Below, piece after piece: positions 49,760-61,504 of a stretch of DNA of 64,000 nucleotides. Where the stretch lies: contig NC_043001.1 in assembly GCF_006345805.1 (NCBI RefSeq), positions 19,964,001 through 20,028,000 of the forward strand. Reading direction: 5' to 3'. The stretch comes from Octopus sinensis (lineage: Eukaryota). Each line of letters begins with the position of its first letter. Within the stretch, counting starts at the first letter, position 1. The translations under genes and the position numbers were made by a program. Below the pieces are notes generated by a model. It saw only the letters and a list, made by a program, of their open reading frames with translations, had not been told where the DNA came from and did not search any database.

Positions 49760-50280
49760 GCTCTTACTACTAACTTCTGTTCACTTGTTATTTATGAAAT
49801 CTTCCTTCTCAATCAGCTTGTCTATGATACAATAGCATTTCTAGAGTGCACCTATTGTTTACACTGGATTCATCACGAGTAATTTTTATCTACTTCTTTC
49901 CTGCATGTTAAGTATGAGTACTTCCTCTACAGGAATAACATCCCGTGATCTTTCCTTCCAAGTGAAACTATTACTTTTGCAAGGTTTACTTTGACATTTC
50001 ATGAATTTAGGCTTCAGTTTTACATTTGAAATTTCTTCTCTAAATCTTTGACTGAATCTGTAATGAGAATTAGGTCATTGGCACAAGGGAGTACCCACAA
50101 ATAAATAATCTTAAACTCCTCTTTAATGGCCTAGAAAATTATAATGAAAACAAAAGGGGGGTTGAGAACAACTTAGATGGACACCTACCTGGATACTAAT
50201 TTCCATGCTGAAGTCATTGCCAACTCTCACCTTGCAGACAGTATCTCCGTACACAGCTTGCATTTATACAAACACACGCA
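49760..50280 (-). pseudogene. Decayed RTE-clade reverse transcriptase fragment
   Basis: Minus strand MQAVYGDTVCKVRVGNDFSMEISIQVGVH...FIIIF*AIKEEF...WVLPCANDLILITDSVKDLEKKFQ (decayed GVHQG and YADD region). Confidence 0.8.
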
Positions 50281-52064
50281 TGATTACATACATACAAAAA
50301 TGTAATGTTTATATAAGCTCCCAGCTACGGATCTTATATGAACTCTAATTATAACTATCAAAAATGATGAATAACATGAAGCAAATAGAATTTTATACTT
50401 GTAACATAGACATTACACTTATATAAATTTTCCTCCCTTCCAGTTACTTTTCGCTTAATTAGCATGATATTACAACAAACATTTATTTTGTTTTAGTCAT
50501 AAGGTTTGGACGTTTGGAAACCATATCACTCTCTCTCTCTCTCTCTTCCAATTCTAATCTCCACCTGGTAATTTTTCTTTGACTTAATCTTAATTTTTCC
50601 ATTCTTCTTACTCCTACTTTGTATTCCTTTTTATATCCATTTTCTTTTTGTATTCAATGTTATTTTGAGTTATTATCTGCAGACTTGTCTTATTTTGCAG
50701 ATGTCAGTTCAACTGATGAAATGTTAATACAAATATGCCAGCATTATTTTATATAAAATAGGTCTGGTATTTCAATGTAGCATCTCATAGACAATATGGC
50801 AATATGTAGTACTAGATTCACGATAAATAGCAATATCAAGGACTGAAAAAAAACAACAAAAAAAACAAATCCATCAGCAATTATTTTTTTCCCACTTTTT
50901 AATTTGGAGGAGCTGTGCCCATGAATTTGGCAGGCTTTCAAAACCTGGTGCAATGAATACAGACATTCGAATAAAGATGATGATGACAATGATTACAAGA
51001 TTCCTTGGGGAGAAAGGGAAGGAGCAGTTACCTTTCAAGATCATTTTAGCCAAGGGAATAAAGACAGTTTGCTTACTGCTAATCTTCGTTTATCTGTCAT
51101 ATATAAAATCTTTCTTCTCTGTCAGCCTGCTTGTAATACTGTTGCACTTCTTGTGTACGCCCATTATTTACAATGGACTCACCAAATGGAATTCTCATCT
51201 ACTTCTTTTCTACATATTGAACATAGCTACATCCTAGATGGAAATAGAATCCAGTCTTTCTTTTTTTTTTTGTTCCAACTAAAACCTTGTTGTTCAATAT
51301 GGTTAATGTTCCATTTAAACAAAGAGAATCATGGGAAGAGTGAGTTCTCTAGATTAATGATCGGACTAAGTGCTTTGTGTGGAAGTTGGAAAAACAATAG
51401 CTTATAATTTGTTATGGCTTAGACCAGTGGTTCCAAATATTTTCTATACTGTCAGCTTTAGAACAACAAATGTGAAAAAAATGTATTAAAAATTTTATTT
51501 AGATATTAAGTCTATTTATATATTAAATCTACATCATCATCATTTTAACATCCACTTTCCTATGTTTACATGGGTCAGATGGAGTTTACTGGAGTAGATT
51601 TTCTAAAGCTAGGTGCCCTTCCTGTTACCAACATTCACTCATTTCCAAGTGAGGTAATATTTCCCCACGACCAAAAATGTTCTTGCAAAATATTGGCAAT
51701 GAATAACTTTGCTTGTATGACAGTGACACGCATTTATAACTATCACATGTTGTCAAGACAATGAGGCACAAACTCTCTCTTCCTCTCCCACACACACAAG
51801 CTTCCTTCAGTTTCTGTCAACCAAACCCATTCAAAAGGCTTTGGTTGGCCCAAGCCTATAGCAGAAGATGCTCAAGATGCCACACAATGACTGAACCCAG
51901 AACCATGTGGTTTGGAAGTGAACTTCTTATCACACAACCACACCTATGCCTATACATAAAACTTACAGAAAATTAAATACTTCTTTTGTTCAATAAATGA
52001 AGAATAGTTACCAAAAGTATATTTAAAATTTCAGCTCATATTTTCATAGTTTTGAAATAGAACT

Positions 52065-52360
52065 GTTTGAGTGTGGCCGTCACCAGTGCTGCCTGACTGA
52101 CTCCCATGCTGGTGGCACATAAAAAGCACCATTCAAGTGTGGTCATTGCCAGTGACACATAAAAAGCACCTGCTAAACTCTTGGATTGGTTGGCATTTGG
52201 AAAGGCATCCAGCTGTAAAAACTTTGCCAGATAAAATTGGAGTCTGGTGCAGCCTTCTGGCTTGCCAGCCCTCAGTCAAACCATCCAACCCATGCCAGCC
52301 CTCAGTCGAATCATCCAACCCATGCCAGCATAGAAAGTGGATGTTAAATGACGATGATGA
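52065..52360 (+). mobile_element. Family A repeat
   Basis: Family A tail with short internal duplication. Confidence 0.8.
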
Positions 52361-53369
52361 ATCTTATTATTTTTCGCAGTATTTAAGGCAGTAAGCCGAC
52401 AGAATGCTTATTTGCATTTCATCTGTCTTTATGTTCTGAGTTCAAATTCTGCCAAGGTCCACTTTGCCTTTGGGGTCAATAAAATAAGCACTAGATGAGT
52501 ATTGGGGTTGATGTAATCAACTTGCCCCACCCCCTGAACTTGCTGGCATTATGCCAAATTTTGAAACCATTATATGTAGCTACATCAAAGAGTTGCACTG
52601 TTCTGTTTATGAACTACTTGTTTATACAGCTCCCATATTTCTGCAGAACCTCAATGATTCATGGGGTGAAGAGAGTAGGTAGCTTCACATCAGGGATCTA
52701 GTTTGAATACTTGCAGCAGAGTAGATTCTGCTAAAGAAACAAACCTAAGAGCCAGTTGATGATATTAAATCTAGCGACTGATTGGACTACTGCCTTAAAC
52801 ATCAATACAGAAAGTACACCTGTAATGAACAATTATAGGGTTGTTACTGCAAGATATTTTCAACCTGGTTAAGTGAGTTTTTTTAAACATTATCAGCAAT
52901 GGTTTGCCAGAAATCACAATAAAGAATAATTACTTATTCATTTGAAGATAATGAAGCAAAAGCCATGATAGAACACAAACTAAGTGCATCAAAGCATTTA
53001 GATACTTCCTTTAATTTATGAGTTCAAATCACATCGGGTTGACTTTGCTTCTCTTCCCTCCATGGTTAAAAAAATTTGTTGCGATGAAACAGATTTTATG
53101 ATTCTTAACTGTTAATCAAAAGGCTCTTATCTACAGCACTAGCTTCAAATTCTAGTTTACCATTTCAAGATTAATAATTCTTTCTTCTATAGACATGGAG
53201 CCTGACATTTTGGGGGAGGGGGGTAGTTGGTTACATCAACTCCCAGAGCTCAACTGATACTTATTTCATTGACCTTGAAATAATGGAAGGCAAATTTGAC
53301 TTTGGTGAAATTTGAACTCAGGGCCTGCTGTGCTTACCTTGGATCGTAGGGCAACCTATTGAGTTAAGT

Positions 53370-53742
53370 ACATCAACATTAAAATAAAAATCAAGTGGAA
53401 ATTGTAGTTGTGATACCCATGCCGGTGGCACATAAAAAGCACCATCCGAACGTGGTCAATGCCAGCACCACCTTGACTGGCTTCTGTGCTGGTGGCACAT
53501 AAAATCTATCAACCAATTGTGGCCGTTGCCAGCCTCTCCTGGCACCTGTGCCGGTGGCACATAAAAAGCATCCACTACACTCATGGAGTGGTTGGCATTA
53601 GGAAGGGCATCCAACTGTAGAAACACTGCCAGATCAGACTGGAGCCTGGTGCAGCCTCCCGGCTTCCTAGATCCTGGTTGAACTGTCCAACCCATGCCAG
53701 CATGGAAAACGGACATTAAACGATGATGATGATGATGATGAA
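53370..53742 (+). mobile_element. Family A repeat
   Basis: Family A body and tail. Confidence 0.85.
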
Positions 53743-54309
53743 TGTAAAGGTGGATGTATCGCTGCTAAGTATTTTGTGTTGTATGTTAATGATCCTGCCA
53801 GCACACAACCTTAATTACAAGATTGATAATATTTGAATAATTAAAAAAGTATTTAGGTTGTTTCAAGGCAGCAAACTAGCAGAATCATTAGCACACTGGA
53901 CAAAATGTTTAGTGGTACTTCTTCCAGTTTTACATTCTGAGTTTGAATTCTGTCAAGGCTGACCTTGCCTTTCATCTTTTGGGGTTGATAAAATAAGTAC
54001 CAGTTCAACACAGGTTGGTGTAATCAACTTACTCCCTCCCCTAAAATTCCTGGCTTTGTGCCAAGATCTGAAACCATTATTATTTGTCTCAAGTGAATTC
54101 TTCAGTGGTGCTTACAGTCATCTTACTAACCAACTTATGATATTTTCCTTTGCAACCATGTAATTTCAGGTTCTGTCACTGTGTGATACCTTGAGCAAAT
54201 GCCTTTTACGATAACCTGGAGTTGACCAACACTTTGTGAGTGAGTTTGGTAGGGAGAAACAATATGAAAGCCCAATGTGTGTGTGTGTGTGTATATATAC
54301 ATACATACA

Positions 54310-54612
54310 TGTGGAGGTGCAATGGCCCAGTGGTTAGGGCAGCGGACTCGTGGTCGGAGGATCACGGTTTCGATTCCTAGACCGGGCGTTGTGTGTGTTT
54401 ATTGAGCGAAAACACCAAAAGCTCTACGAGGCTCCGGCAGGGGGTGGTGGTGACCCCTGTTGTACTCTTTCACCCCAACTTTCTCTCACTCTTTCTTCCT
54501 GTTTCTTGGGTAACGGTGCAATGGACTGGTGTCCCGTCCAGCTGGGGGGAACACATACGCCACAGAAACTGGGCCCATGAGCCTGGTTAGGCTTGAAAAG
54601 GGCACATGAATA
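54310..54612 (+). mobile_element. Family D SINE inside the internal microsatellite of a decayed family B SINE (about 54140-54870)
   Basis: Family B 5' part before and 3' part after. Confidence 0.8.
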
Positions 54613-55190
54613 AAAAAAAAATACATACATACATATATATATACACACACACAAACACATGTATGTATGTGTATCTCTGTCCCTCTCCACTGCTTGACAA
54701 CCAGTGTTGGCTTGTTTAAGTCCCCATAACTTAGTAGTTTGACAAAAGAGACTGATGGAATAAATACTAGAATTAAAAATACTGCGATCAATTTGTTCAA
54801 CTAAATCCTAAAAGGTAGTGTCCTAACATGGTCACAGTCCAATGACTGAAACAAGTGAAAGATAAAAGATATGTTGGTATAGGACTACCTTTCTTTGATG
54901 TCCATGCCTTGTCTTACCAGTTAGAAACTCTCAGTGTCTCTTGCAGTGACTGGCCATTCATGATCCAGCAGAATATTGCAGATATGGGCCTCAGTTTTCA
55001 TGGTGTTTAGCCAATGACCAGCATTGAAATATTCCCTCTACAGTCTGTTCAAGGGCTCCTGTGCTTCTACATGGTCAGATCCCAGACTGATGCCATGTAT
55101 GTGGTCCAGGTTTAATGGCACTACAGTAGAGAGTTGTCTAGGCCTTTCAGATATAAATAACAAAGCCAAGTTTCTGTTCTTGTTCATTAA

Positions 55191-55402
55191 CCCTTTCATT
55201 ACTAACCCGCCTGAAACCGGTTCTGGCTCTTTAGTATAAATGTCTTGTTTTCATAAGTTTTGAATTCAAATCTTCCACCAAATCTTAGTTAAAATTTATG
55301 TTCCTAACACTAGCTTAAAGTTAATTTACTAAATTCTTTGTTATATTCAAAATAATTGAAAGAAACACAGAGCATCTGAAAATAAATACAGTAATGAAAG
55401 GG
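55191..55402. mobile_element. piggyBac-type MITE, intact, 212 bp
   Basis: TTAA on both sides; 13-bp perfect TIR CCCTTTCATTACT. Confidence 0.9.
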
Positions 55403-55437
55403 TTAATGGCCAGTTTAAATGTGCAATCCAGGACTAT

Positions 55438-55737
55438 GTTTGTTCCTTCTCGAGCCATCCCTGGCTCATAAGGGCCAGTTTCCTGGTTTCATTGGCGTAT
55501 ATGTTCCTCACCTGGACGGGACGCCAGTCTGTCACAGGTGACCTGCAAGATGCAAGAGTGAGATAAAGTTGTGGCGAAAGAGTCAGCAGAGGTTTGCCAT
55601 TACCTTCTGCCAGAGCCGCGTGGAGCTTAAGCGTTTCGCTCATAAACAGACATATCGCCCGGTCTGAGATTCGAACCTGCGATCCCTCGACTGCGAGTCT
55701 GCTGCTCTAACCACTAGGCCATGTGCCTCCACTGCCG
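55438..55737 (-). mobile_element. Family E SINE with 12-bp TSD
   Basis: ATCCAGGACTAT at 55426-55437 and 55738-55749. Confidence 0.9.
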
Positions 55738-55983
55738 ATCCAGGACTATAATGAAGAAGAGGGGAAAGAGTGTCTCCTTGTAATACTCCTTTCCCACCAA
55801 GATGTCAAACTTCTTGTTGTCGTCTAGCATCTCTACTTTGGTTCTTGTATATATGTCCTTGATTTCTATATCTCAAAATGTTCCATACTAGGTTGGAAGA
55901 AACACCATAAGTCTTAAATATTTTCATCATCAAACCCCAGATACTGGGTCAAATGCCTTTTTGAAATTAAAAAAGCAGCACCA

Positions 55984-56373
55984 TAGGAGTGGTTGTGTGG
56001 TAAGTAGCTTGCTAACCAACCACATGGTTCCGGGTTCAGTCCACTGCATGGCATCTTGGGCAAATGTCTTCTGCTATAGCCCGGGCCGACCAATGCATTG
56101 TGAGTGGATTTGGTAGACGGAAACTGAAAGAAGCCTGTCGTATATATATATATATATATGTATGTGTGTCTGTGTTTGTCCCCCTAGCATTGCTTGACAA
56201 CCGATGCTGGTGTGTTTACGTCCCCGTCACTTAGCGGTTCGGCAAAAGACACCGATAGAATAAGTACTGGGCTTACAAAGAATAAGTGCCAGGGTCGATT
56301 TGCTCGACTAAAGGCGGTGCTCCAGCATGGCCGCAGTCAAATGACTGAAACAAGTAAAAGAGTAAAAAAAGAG
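55984..56373 (+). mobile_element. Family B SINE
   Basis: Full body. Confidence 0.9.
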
Positions 56374-57774
56374 TATTGTTTGGTTGTTCCTCTCCAATGA
56401 ATCTCCTTAAGGTAAACAAATTTTTGACAAATACACACACAAACATATCATTAATCTATATGTACAAATACATATTGTAAAACGAAACTTTGTATTCTGT
56501 AAAACTCTCAGTCCACCATATCCAACGCCCATTCCACTTTTTGACTTCTTACTAAAGTGCGAAACCAATTTTGAAAGTAGAATCTTTATCAGGTTTTGAA
56601 TTTGGAATAAGGAATGATGAAACAAAATACTGTAATAATTTTGTACTTTTCTGTTGCCATTACCTACATCTATATTATTTTAAATACAAGTACTCTGGAG
56701 CTAAAATATTCTAATTACATGTGTCTGCTGGCAGTCAGATATATACCCCGCCTCCTCTCTCTCTCTAGTCGGCTTGCTACTGCTCACTGTTCCGTGTATG
56801 TGTTTGTGTGTGTGAGAGAGAGAGAGATGGTGATAATGATGTATTTGTTATCTGCTGCAACTACCCCTTAAACTTGGGCTCTATCTTTATCGTATTGTGG
56901 TTCTTGAAATTGGACAACTATTAGATTATCTTTGAGAAATAATCTTTAAATACATGATAGAAAGAGCAAGTAATCTCGCACCGATCAAAATAAAATAAAA
57001 CTTAATTCGCTAACTCTCCACACAAACAGCAATGGTGTGGATTAGGGCGTCACCCTATTCGTGGTATGCAAGGTGTTTCTGCCTGCAAAAGCGGTCGACT
57101 TTACTAGTGTAATGTTTAATACTAACCAAATTCTTGTGAAGTACTGTTTGTTTCAGTTAACTACGATTAGAAGAAAGATCTCTGTACGCTTCGGTAGATT
57201 ATTTATTTACCTTGAGATCGAAAGAAGAGAAAAATATATTTCTACCCTACATAATAAAAACAAAAATATCAACAATTACTTTCAATAATGATAATAATGA
57301 TAATGAAAGCATTAATTAATTCCAATTAAAACAGACACGTCTTGTATAATAAACTTTCTTCTGGAAATTAGATAGTAATTAGCTACAGTCGAAGACGAGT
57401 TTATATAGCCGATACTGTGGAATATTGACAAGTGCTGCTCAGAGAAACCACTCGACAATAAATAAATTCCTTTGAATAGCTTTGCCTGTTGGGTGAGTTC
57501 ATAAAAACTAAGTTTGACTCACTGACGACGCCTTTGCATGCAACCGGTTACACAATATGAGTGGCGCGTCAGCATCAGGCGATATAGCAGCAAGCCGCCT
57601 ATTTATTCACAGGAGACTCGATTTATTTCATAATCATTCACAAGCGAATATTTTTTCGTAAACGTTCAGAAATACTTTTTTTTCTTAATTATATACATTT
57701 ATTCCATTAAAGTTTGTACTGGTAATTATGTTCATTTTATTATTATTATTATTATTATTTCGATTTCTATATAT

Positions 57775-57936
57775 CTATGTGTTTACTCTTTACTCTTTTA
57801 CTCTTTTACTTGTTTCAGTCATTAGACTGCGGCCATGCTGGAGCACCGCCTTTATTCGAGCAAATCGACCCTGGGACTTATTCTTTTGTAAGCCCAGTAC
57901 TTATTCTATCGGTCTCTTTTTGCCGAACCGCTAAGT
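57775..57936 (-). mobile_element. Family B SINE, 5'-truncated
   Basis: Tail only. Confidence 0.85.
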
Positions 57937-58040
57937 GTTTGATGAATTATTTTTAGAGATCGGTTAAGTTGCAACACTCTTGTCTTCTTCTAAATTTATA
58001 TCGAACCCTTTCTCTTCCACCAATATTTTCTTTCCGTCAG

Positions 58041-58076
58041 ATATTTTACATCTCACCAAGGCCCTCCTTGCTGCTG
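58041..58076 (+). other. Candidate 36-nt micro-exon
   Basis: ttttctttccgtcAG acceptor and CTG|GTAAGT donor; all three frames open. Confidence 0.35.
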
Positions 58077-58099
58077 GTAAGTAACTTCAGCTTTTCCAG

Positions 58100-58420
58100 C
58101 CTAAACCTTACTCCGCTCGAGTCACTTCAAACTAAAAAACTGTATCAGTCCGCCTGAACTTCCGGAGGTAAACTAAAAAAAGGGGAGAAAAAAAACGCAA
58201 ACTTTCCATTAATTACAACATCTACATACACTCAAAATCAAAATAAAGCACGAATTCCTCGTATGCGATAATTAAATATTCATAGATTTTCGTATTTTCA
58301 CGCATGCATCGTTGGTATGTCCGGACTATATTTTGTCGCCATTTTTCGGCGCAAGGTTTCCACTGAAGGTCATAGTCGTCATCACGCGGATAGGTTTTGA
58401 ATTATGAGGTGATAACGGAG
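58100..58420. promoter_or_regulatory. CpG-enriched, possibly promoter-like segment
   Basis: Locally many CpGs; ETS-like ACTTCCGG near 58159 and YY1-like CGCCATTTT near 58338. Confidence 0.25.
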
Positions 58421-58744
58421 CTTTCAAGTGGAGAATTAGGCAGCTTTTTTTTTTACTTTAAACTAATTACAGAAATTCGATTCGCTTTAAGTTTAAGCTA
58501 CATCTCTGATTTTACTTTAAACGTCTCTGATTTTACTTAAAACAGCTCGATTAAGGAATACAAATAAGTGCAAATAACTTGAAAATTTGGTGTTACCGAG
58601 AGAGCAAGGTAGGTGAAAACGTATAATTTACTTAGTTTTCCTTCTTTTTTCTTTACTTTACGCGTGCATGGTAACATTGAATCGAATTTCTCCTCTCATC
58701 TGTTTCGCTGCCAGATATTTCCGCTCCCAACCAACAGATCCACA

Positions 58745-59110
58745 CACACACAATATATATACATACACACACAATATATATACATACATTTATATATACA
58801 TACACACACATTTATATACATACACACACATTTATATATACATACACACACATTTATATATACATACACACACATTTATATACATACTCACACAATATAT
58901 ACATACACACACACATATATACATACACACACAATATATATACATACACACACAATATATATACATACACACACAATATATATACATACACACACAATAT
59001 ATATACAGACACACACAATATATATACAGACACACACAATATATATACAGACACACACATTTATATATACATACACACACATTTATATATACATACATAT
59101 ATCTATATAT
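58745..59110. repeat. About 20-22 bp minisatellite built of CA/TA tracts
   Basis: acacaca(a/t)tatatatacat repeated. Confidence 0.9.
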
Positions 59111-59194
59111 ATATATAGCATTAATAGGAGAAGAAATCTTGGGGAGGCTTATCTGAGCACTTTGTACATAGTTCAGTGAACCGCTTCAGTAAAC

Positions 59195-59910
59195 GAATGA
59201 CATTTAAATAGATCAGGAAAAACCTTGCAATACCGCAATAAAGTACGAGTTCCAGTTATTAATTATTTAAAAAATTCTCTATTTTCTTCCTTAGAATGGA
59301 TAAATAAATTAAACGAACTGAGAATTCCTGTGAGGTTTTTTGCCAAACCTTTTGCTCATCGTATATTGAGTTCAAATTCCGCCGAGGTCGACTTTGCCTT
59401 TCATCTATTCGGGGGTCGATAAATTAAGTACCAGTTACACACTGGGGGTCGATGTAATCGACTTTAATCCCTTTGTCTGTCCTTGTTCGTCCCCTCTGTG
59501 TTTAGCCCCTTGTGGGCAATAAATAAATATATATTCCTGAACCATTTGTGTATATTATGGATGACAATTAATTAAATAGATCAGAAAAACCGAGCAATAA
59601 AGTACGGGTTCCAGTTGTTAATTATTTAAAAATTTCTCTATTTTCTTCATTAGAATAAATAAATTAAACGAACTGAGAGTTTGTGAGAATTTTTGGCAAA
59701 CCTTTTGCTCACCGTATATTCCTGAACCATTTGTATATATTGTGGATGTCATTTAAATAGATCAGAAAAACCTAGCAATAAAATACGGGTTCCAGTTATT
59801 AATTATTTAAAAAATTCTCTATTTTCTTCCCTAGAATATATAAATTAAACGAACTGAGAATTCCTGTGCGGTTTTTCCTGAACCATTTGTGTATATTGTG
59901 GATGACAATC
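59195..59910. repeat. About 185-bp tandem repeat (three units plus start of a fourth) with a family C SINE in the first unit
   Basis: Units at about 59198, 59562, 59747 and 59903; SINE 59368-59529 with TATATT TSD. Confidence 0.9.
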
Positions 59911-60897
59911 CACGTGTAATTTTAACCCTTCTCTTTAATTCGGTGATGTTTCTAAAGAAAATTATAATTTAGCAGATAGTTCAAATAAATACTTTACAGT
60001 ATTTTATATGTGTTTATTTGAACCCATCCGTTGGTAGTTGTGAAAACTGCGGCAATACTTTGGTCCTCGCCAGAACTTAAATTAAATTGCAGCCATTTTC
60101 TTCTTCCTATGAGGTATTTTATTTCACTTTGAAATTCACTCCCAGCAAGAACACCGACGGTTTTTCACGCCAAATATTTAAGACCTGCTTTAGAAAATTC
60201 CATCAAGCAAGTCTGCAACAAATGTTGATTATAGGCAACGAGGAAAATATTCGCTAAGATGTATATCTTTGCAAGCATCTCTAATCGTAATGTGTGAAAA
60301 AGGCTGCAATTAATAATCTCTCCCAGTTCGGGTTTTCACAGAGAGAGAGAGAGAGAGAGACATTTTAAACATATTTTCACTGTATTTCACACCTAATTTA
60401 CACCAAACTTTCCTATGAAGACCTTCCTATTTTTTCTAAATAGAAATTAAAAACAAAAAACTATATAATCTCTATATATCTTTTAGTTTTCCCCCATTCT
60501 AAAACAAGTACTGTCTCCTAGTTATACATATATATCCATATATATATATATCTTTTGCAATTTTCTGTTGACCCTTTCATCAAGTACGCCAAACTTAAGT
60601 TTATTTCTAATCTATATACTTCATAATTATCTTTATTAATTAAAAAAAATATGTATAATTACAGTGACCAACACCACATTACTTAGAAATGTGGGAGAGA
60701 GATAGAGATATTTGTTACATCAGCAATTTAGCAGACCGGCTTCACCACTTATTGAACGTGTTGCTCCTAAATTTTTTTATTTATCACCATTTACTCCATG
60801 AGAGAAAAAAAAAAAAGAAACCTAATGCTAAATCAGATACACACACATATTGCATGTGTGTGTGTGGGTGTATATATATATATATATATATATATAC

Positions 60898-61088
60898 ATA
60901 CTAAGTAATTAAGGGTTTAGCAACGATTTGCCTCACCACACACCGAATTTAGAAATAGCAGTCAAAGAGTTATGGCTATTCTTTCTACTCTACTTAAGTA
61001 GAAAGAATAGCCATAACTCTTTGACTGCTATTTCTAAATTCGGTGTGTGGTGAGGCAAATCGTTGCTAAACCCTTAATTACTTAGTAT
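60898..61088. repeat. Perfect palindrome, 92-bp arms, 7-nt spacer
   Basis: 60898-60989 is the exact reverse complement of 60997-61088. Confidence 0.95.
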
Positions 61089-61226
61089 TACTTAAACCTT
61101 CCTTGAAGGGGTCTTTTACATGCCGAAATCTACTTGGTGAAATTAATGATTATTCCAAATTAATTAATTTCACCCTATATTATTATTGATATATATATAT
61201 ATATATTGCATGTGTGTGGGTGTATG

Positions 61227-61264
<38 letters not shown>

Positions 61265-61471
61265 GTGGGTGTATGTATGTATGTATATATATATTATCAA
61301 TAGCAATTAAGGGTAAAACTAATTAATTACGATGAATAAGATTCAAGTATTATGGTTTCTCTGGTAGACCCTTTTTTAAGTAGAAGGAATGGCTTAGATT
61401 TTGGCTGCTATTTCTGAACTTCGGTATGCGGTGGTGCATTTCTTTTGCTGACCCCTCAACATTAGCTTTAT

Positions 61472-61504
<33 letters not shown>

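Larger units (their letters stand above)
54900..55985 (-). pseudogene. Decayed LINE reverse transcriptase interrupted by a MITE and a SINE
   Basis: Minus strand FKKAFD, GVLQGDTL(S)PLLFIIVLD region and LNLDHIHGISL...AQEPL...LNTMKTE (decayed DLDYADD..AQ.LL..GL.LN..KTE). Confidence 0.7.
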
